Source: Schizochytrium sp. TIO01
Taxonomy: Eukaryota; Protista; Bigyra: Labyrinthulomycetes
Direction of reading: 5' to 3'
Assembly (NCBI GenBank): GCA_004764695.1
Contig: SMSO01000032.1
Location: forward strand, 5,798,483 to 5,862,482
Length of the DNA stretch: 64,000 bases
The notes beneath the pieces are model-generated. The model was not told where the DNA came from, ran no database searches, and worked only from the letters and a program-made list of their open reading frames with translations. This document shows positions 60,933 through 64,000 of this stretch, one piece after another. Every line of letters starts with the position of its first letter. Position 1 is the stretch's first letter. The translations under genes and the position numbers were made by a program.

Positions 60933-62213
60933 ATGTTTCATAATGAATGGCACATGAAACTACTCTATTTACTCACCTATATAAGTTACACCACAGGAAT
61001 GATGCGTGGAAGTCTATTGCGAGAGCCAGATGAACAACGCTCGCTTCAGATTACTACATCCAGTAGCGCATATTGGCCATATCGTGTGAGTGATGATGAA
61101 AACAAAATATACGTCCCCGTCACTTTTGATACAGCACTTTCAGCTAGTCGCCGGGCCTTTGTGGAAACTAATTTAAATGATTTATCTGAAAAGGTGAAGT
61201 ATATTGATGTTATATTTTATGATAGTGTAGATGATATACTAAGTGGGGCCTATGTGATTTATCAAGATACAAATAGTGGATGTTATGCTGGTGTAGGATA
61301 TCCTGGAGATTCGCAGTCTGTAACGGTGAACTTAGGCTCAGGTTGCTGGACTACACGCACAGTCCAACATGAGTTTATGCATACCTTGGGTGTATTTCAT
61401 GAACATTCCAGGTCGGACAGGGACAACTTTATCAGTGTGTTAACGGAGAATATTGCTAGTGGTTATGAGTACAACTTTTACAAACGAACAACGAACGACT
61501 TAGAGAGTCCGTTTGATTTTAATTCTATTATGATTTATAGCAAAAAGGCTTTTAGTAAGAATGGAAGCCCGACGCTCCAAAAAATAAACGATACGGACTA
61601 CGATTGGGGCACCCCGTCCCAAATGTCGACACAGGATATTAGACAGCTTCAATTAATGTATCGATGTCCTGATGGGCCTAGAAATGAGTCGCAGTTTTGC
61701 GACCCAAGTTGTAGATGCCCAGAAGACGAAGGACCATGTTATGACGATACAGCTTGTAATGATGGTCTTGTTTGTGACTCATCAGATAACCTCTGCAAAC
61801 TTAGTGATAACACCAACCCACCAGTATCGACACCAGTCTCATCGCCAACAATTCAACCAACACATTATCCGACTAAGGAACCTACCACATCCGGGCCTAC
61901 TACAAATACTCCTACTTCGGCGAATCCGACAGCTAACCCGACATCATTTCCTACATTTGGTGGTACTCTCCCTGGCTCGAATGCTGGAGTTAGTCATACC
62001 ACCCAAACTACCATAATTATCGTGCTGACCTGCTTTCTCTGTTTGCCGCTGTTCTGCATTTTGATGTTATGTTTAATTCGATGTTATAAGCAACGCTCCC
62101 ATAAGACCAGGAGTATAATAAGTAATACCAAACAAGTAGTGTACACAGAAATTCCAAAAGAAAAGGAAAAAATCAATTTGAATCGCTTAAACACTAAAGA
62201 TATGCCGATTTAA
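60933..62213 (+). CDS. astacin (M12A) zinc metalloprotease, membrane-anchored
   Basis: HEFMHTLGVFHEHSRSDRD, Met-turn SIMIY, Cys-rich module, P/T stalk, TM. Confidence 0.95.
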   Translation: MFHNEWHMKLLYLLTYISYTTGMMRGSLLREPDEQRSLQITTSSSAYWPYRVSDDENKIYVPVTFDTALSASRRAFVETNLNDLSEKVKYIDVIFYDSVDDILSGAYVIYQDTNSGCYAGVGYPGDSQSVTVNLGSGCWTTRTVQHEFMHTLGVFHEHSRSDRDNFISVLTENIASGYEYNFYKRTTNDLESPFDFNSIMIYSKKAFSKNGSPTLQKINDTDYDWGTPSQMSTQDIRQLQLMYRCPDGPRNESQFCDPSCRCPEDEGPCYDDTACNDGLVCDSSDNLCKLSDNTNPPVSTPVSSPTIQPTHYPTKEPTTSGPTTNTPTSANPTANPTSFPTFGGTLPGSNAGVSHTTQTTIIIVLTCFLCLPLFCILMLCLIRCYKQRSHKTRSIISNTKQVVYTEIPKEKEKINLNRLNTKDMPI

Positions 62214-63109
62214 GGAATGAGTGGCATAGAGACTTTATCATGGTACTGGTAGTTTTCGATAATAAAATCTTCAAATTTCATACATTCTAGATCATTGATA
62301 GAAGTAGGTTTTCTTTTGAATCGAAGGGTAGGAAATTCGAGCGGAGTACGTGCAATTTGCTTCCGCAATGGTTCTACGTGTTCTTCATAGATATGAGCAT
62401 CCCCGATTACATGAATGAATTCATGCGCACGTGCATTAATGCAGCTCGCGATAAGCCGGGTTAACACAGCGTATGATGCGATGTTAAAGGGGAGTCCAAG
62501 TCCGATATCGGCCGATCGCTGGAACAATAAACATGATAGATTATTGGACTCATCGAGATACATTTGAAATGTACAATGGCAAGGTGAGAGATTCATTTTG
62601 TGGAGATCTTGGGGATTCCAAAATGAAACGACATGGCGCCGCGACGCACGGTCGTTACGAAGACCTTGAATAAGTCGGGACAGTTGATCTACTCCTTGGC
62701 CTCTGTAGTCGCAATGCATACCTTTATACTCAGCTCCAGAGTGACGTAGTTGGAATCCATACATAGGTCCAATATCACCTCCTCGATAGTGTCCAAGGCC
62801 TACGGAATCGAGGTGTGATTTGGAAGCATGAGCATCCCAAATCTTCACTTGTTTTCGGCTCAGTTCATTTGTATCTGTTGAACCCCTAATAAACCACAGT
62901 AGTTCTTCTATAACACCTCTAAAGAAAACTTTTTTAGTTGTGAGTAATGGAATTCGCTGCTCTTCGTCAAGTTTAAACCGGAGTGTTTTACCAAACAAAG
63001 ATCGTGTTTTTGCTCCATTACGCCCGGCCCTCACATGCCCATTGTCGATACAATCCCGGACAAGAGCAAGATATGCCTCCTCGCCGTACTCGTTGTTATT
63101 AGACGTCAT
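62210..63109 (-). CDS. thyA: thymidylate synthase
   Basis: PLLTTKKV, GPMYGFQLR, catalytic PCH, QRSADIGLGLPFNIASY, GDAHIY. Confidence 0.97.
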   Translation of the reverse strand: MTSNNNEYGEEAYLALVRDCIDNGHVRAGRNGAKTRSLFGKTLRFKLDEEQRIPLLTTKKVFFRGVIEELLWFIRGSTDTNELSRKQVKIWDAHASKSHLDSVGLGHYRGGDIGPMYGFQLRHSGAEYKGMHCDYRGQGVDQLSRLIQGLRNDRASRRHVVSFWNPQDLHKMNLSPCHCTFQMYLDESNNLSCLLFQRSADIGLGLPFNIASYAVLTRLIASCINARAHEFIHVIGDAHIYEEHVEPLRKQIARTPLEFPTLRFKRKPTSINDLECMKFEDFIIENYQYHDKVSMPLIP

Positions 63110-63233
63110 CGTCTCTTTTCGGTGTTTGCTGCATTTGAAAGATAAGTATATTAAAAAATGATACCAAACCCCTAACTCAGGATAGGTTTTACATTATTCA
63201 TGGTTATACATCTTGTTCAGTTGATTTCGTACT

Positions 63234-64000
63234 ATGTGTGTCAATACCAATAAATTTAGATTCGTCTGGCCCATGTCCGTAAAAGACTCTAAGAGAATCA
63301 TGATCAGTATGTTAAATGAACTTCCGAAAGGAATATTATTTGATACTCCCAGATTTGAAAGAATGTGGACTTCTGCATATCATAAAAAGTACATGCGGTG
63401 GTTTCAATATGTACTAACGGACTTGTGTCACCTATCTAACGTACGGTTTTGTCCTGATTGTGAAAAGTATAAATTTGTGTATGAATTCAGACTTGCGCAC
63501 AACTCCCCTGACGGTCTACGCAAACATTGTAGTCGATGCATATACAACAGACGTAGTGAAGTGACGGTAAGAATTAACACAGCATCTGCGCGGTTTAATG
63601 ATGAGAACTTTGACCCACGGGAGTTTCGAGAAGATATAGAAAGAAAGTTAGTGAAACAGAATTACTCATGTTGTTATACAATGGTACCATTTTCGCGAGG
63701 AAACGCAAGGCATCCGTTCGCTATGAGTATAGAACGCATTGATAGAACCATTCAGCGTTATTCGGATACAAAAAATACTGTTCTCACATTGAAGATTTTA
63801 AATGTTGGTGGACGGTTAAATTGGACATCAAAACTCACCTTACAGATACTTTTCCCTGAACTTGTTACAGTACGTACACTGAGTAATTACTCAAGACGAT
63901 CACAGGAAAGTTTTTTAAAATCGGTGTTATCCCGATGTAGAGATTCTTGTAAAACAAGAAACAAACGGCGTTTCTTAGAAAACCATGTGATGGAACTTAC
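63234..64000 (+). CDS. HNH/His-Me finger endonuclease with Zn finger, partial (runs off window end)
   Basis: Manual translation: CPDCEKYK..EF...DGLRKHCSRC and KQNYSCCYT...SIERID...KNTVLTLKILN. Confidence 0.75.
   Translation, partial: MCVNTNKFRFVWPMSVKDSKRIMISMLNELPKGILFDTPRFERMWTSAYHKKYMRWFQYVLTDLCHLSNVRFCPDCEKYKFVYEFRLAHNSPDGLRKHCSRCIYNRRSEVTVRINTASARFNDENFDPREFREDIERKLVKQNYSCCYTMVPFSRGNARHPFAMSIERIDRTIQRYSDTKNTVLTLKILNVGGRLNWTSKLTLQILFPELVTVRTLSNYSRRSQESFLKSVLSRCRDSCKTRNKRRFLENHVMEL

Noticed and set aside
1-64000. Bacterial/phage origin or cellular eukaryotic chromosome
   Set aside because: No Shine-Dalgarno or operon pattern; eukaryote-type genes (ATG8, F-box, Golgi sulfotransferase, RPB1-like) packed without evident introns together with HK97-type virion genes fit a eukaryotic virus. 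Whether it is free, episomal or integrated cannot be told from this window

Overview
This gene-dense, AT-rich window has no rRNA, tRNA or CRISPR array and looks like part of a large eukaryotic dsDNA virus, most likely a mirusvirus (Mirusviricota, Duplodnaviria). All calls come from motifs read by eye; no searches were run. It carries a herpes/HK97-type virion module: major capsid protein 14684-17401, portal 8104-9561, and two triplex/beta-tulip proteins 18424-19368 and 37656-38708. It also carries nucleocytovirus-like informational genes: a stand-alone C-terminal half of RPB1, a TFIIS-type Zn ribbon, an AAA+ helicase, a putative OB-fold SSB, thymidylate synthase and an HNH endonuclease. Many secreted or membrane enzymes sit on PTxxPT stalks (subtilisin-PA, astacin, two arylsulfatases, PAN proteins); with two sulfotransferases, these suggest a stramenopile host such as a thraustochytrid. 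Main observations: (1) a five-copy ~300-650 bp structured repeat with 4x9-bp iterons, seen both as an empty tandem junction and with cargo genes between units, with the two clusters inverted around the replication/transcription block; (2) two apparent promoter classes, CATATAT(T/G)AAAA about 42-52 nt upstream of capsid genes and GCAAA(C/T)CC(C/G)TAA upstream of replication/metabolic genes, plus a herpes UL92-like factor; (3) an unannotated 59-aa secreted ORF resembling a free-standing astacin propeptide near an astacin that lacks the motif; (4) three heliorhodopsin-like proteins that all lack the retinal lysine; (5) a viral ATG8 ending in an exposed Gly; (6) a tandem family with a shared N-terminal domain and swapped C-terminal domains; (7) a sulfation/desulfation gene cluster.
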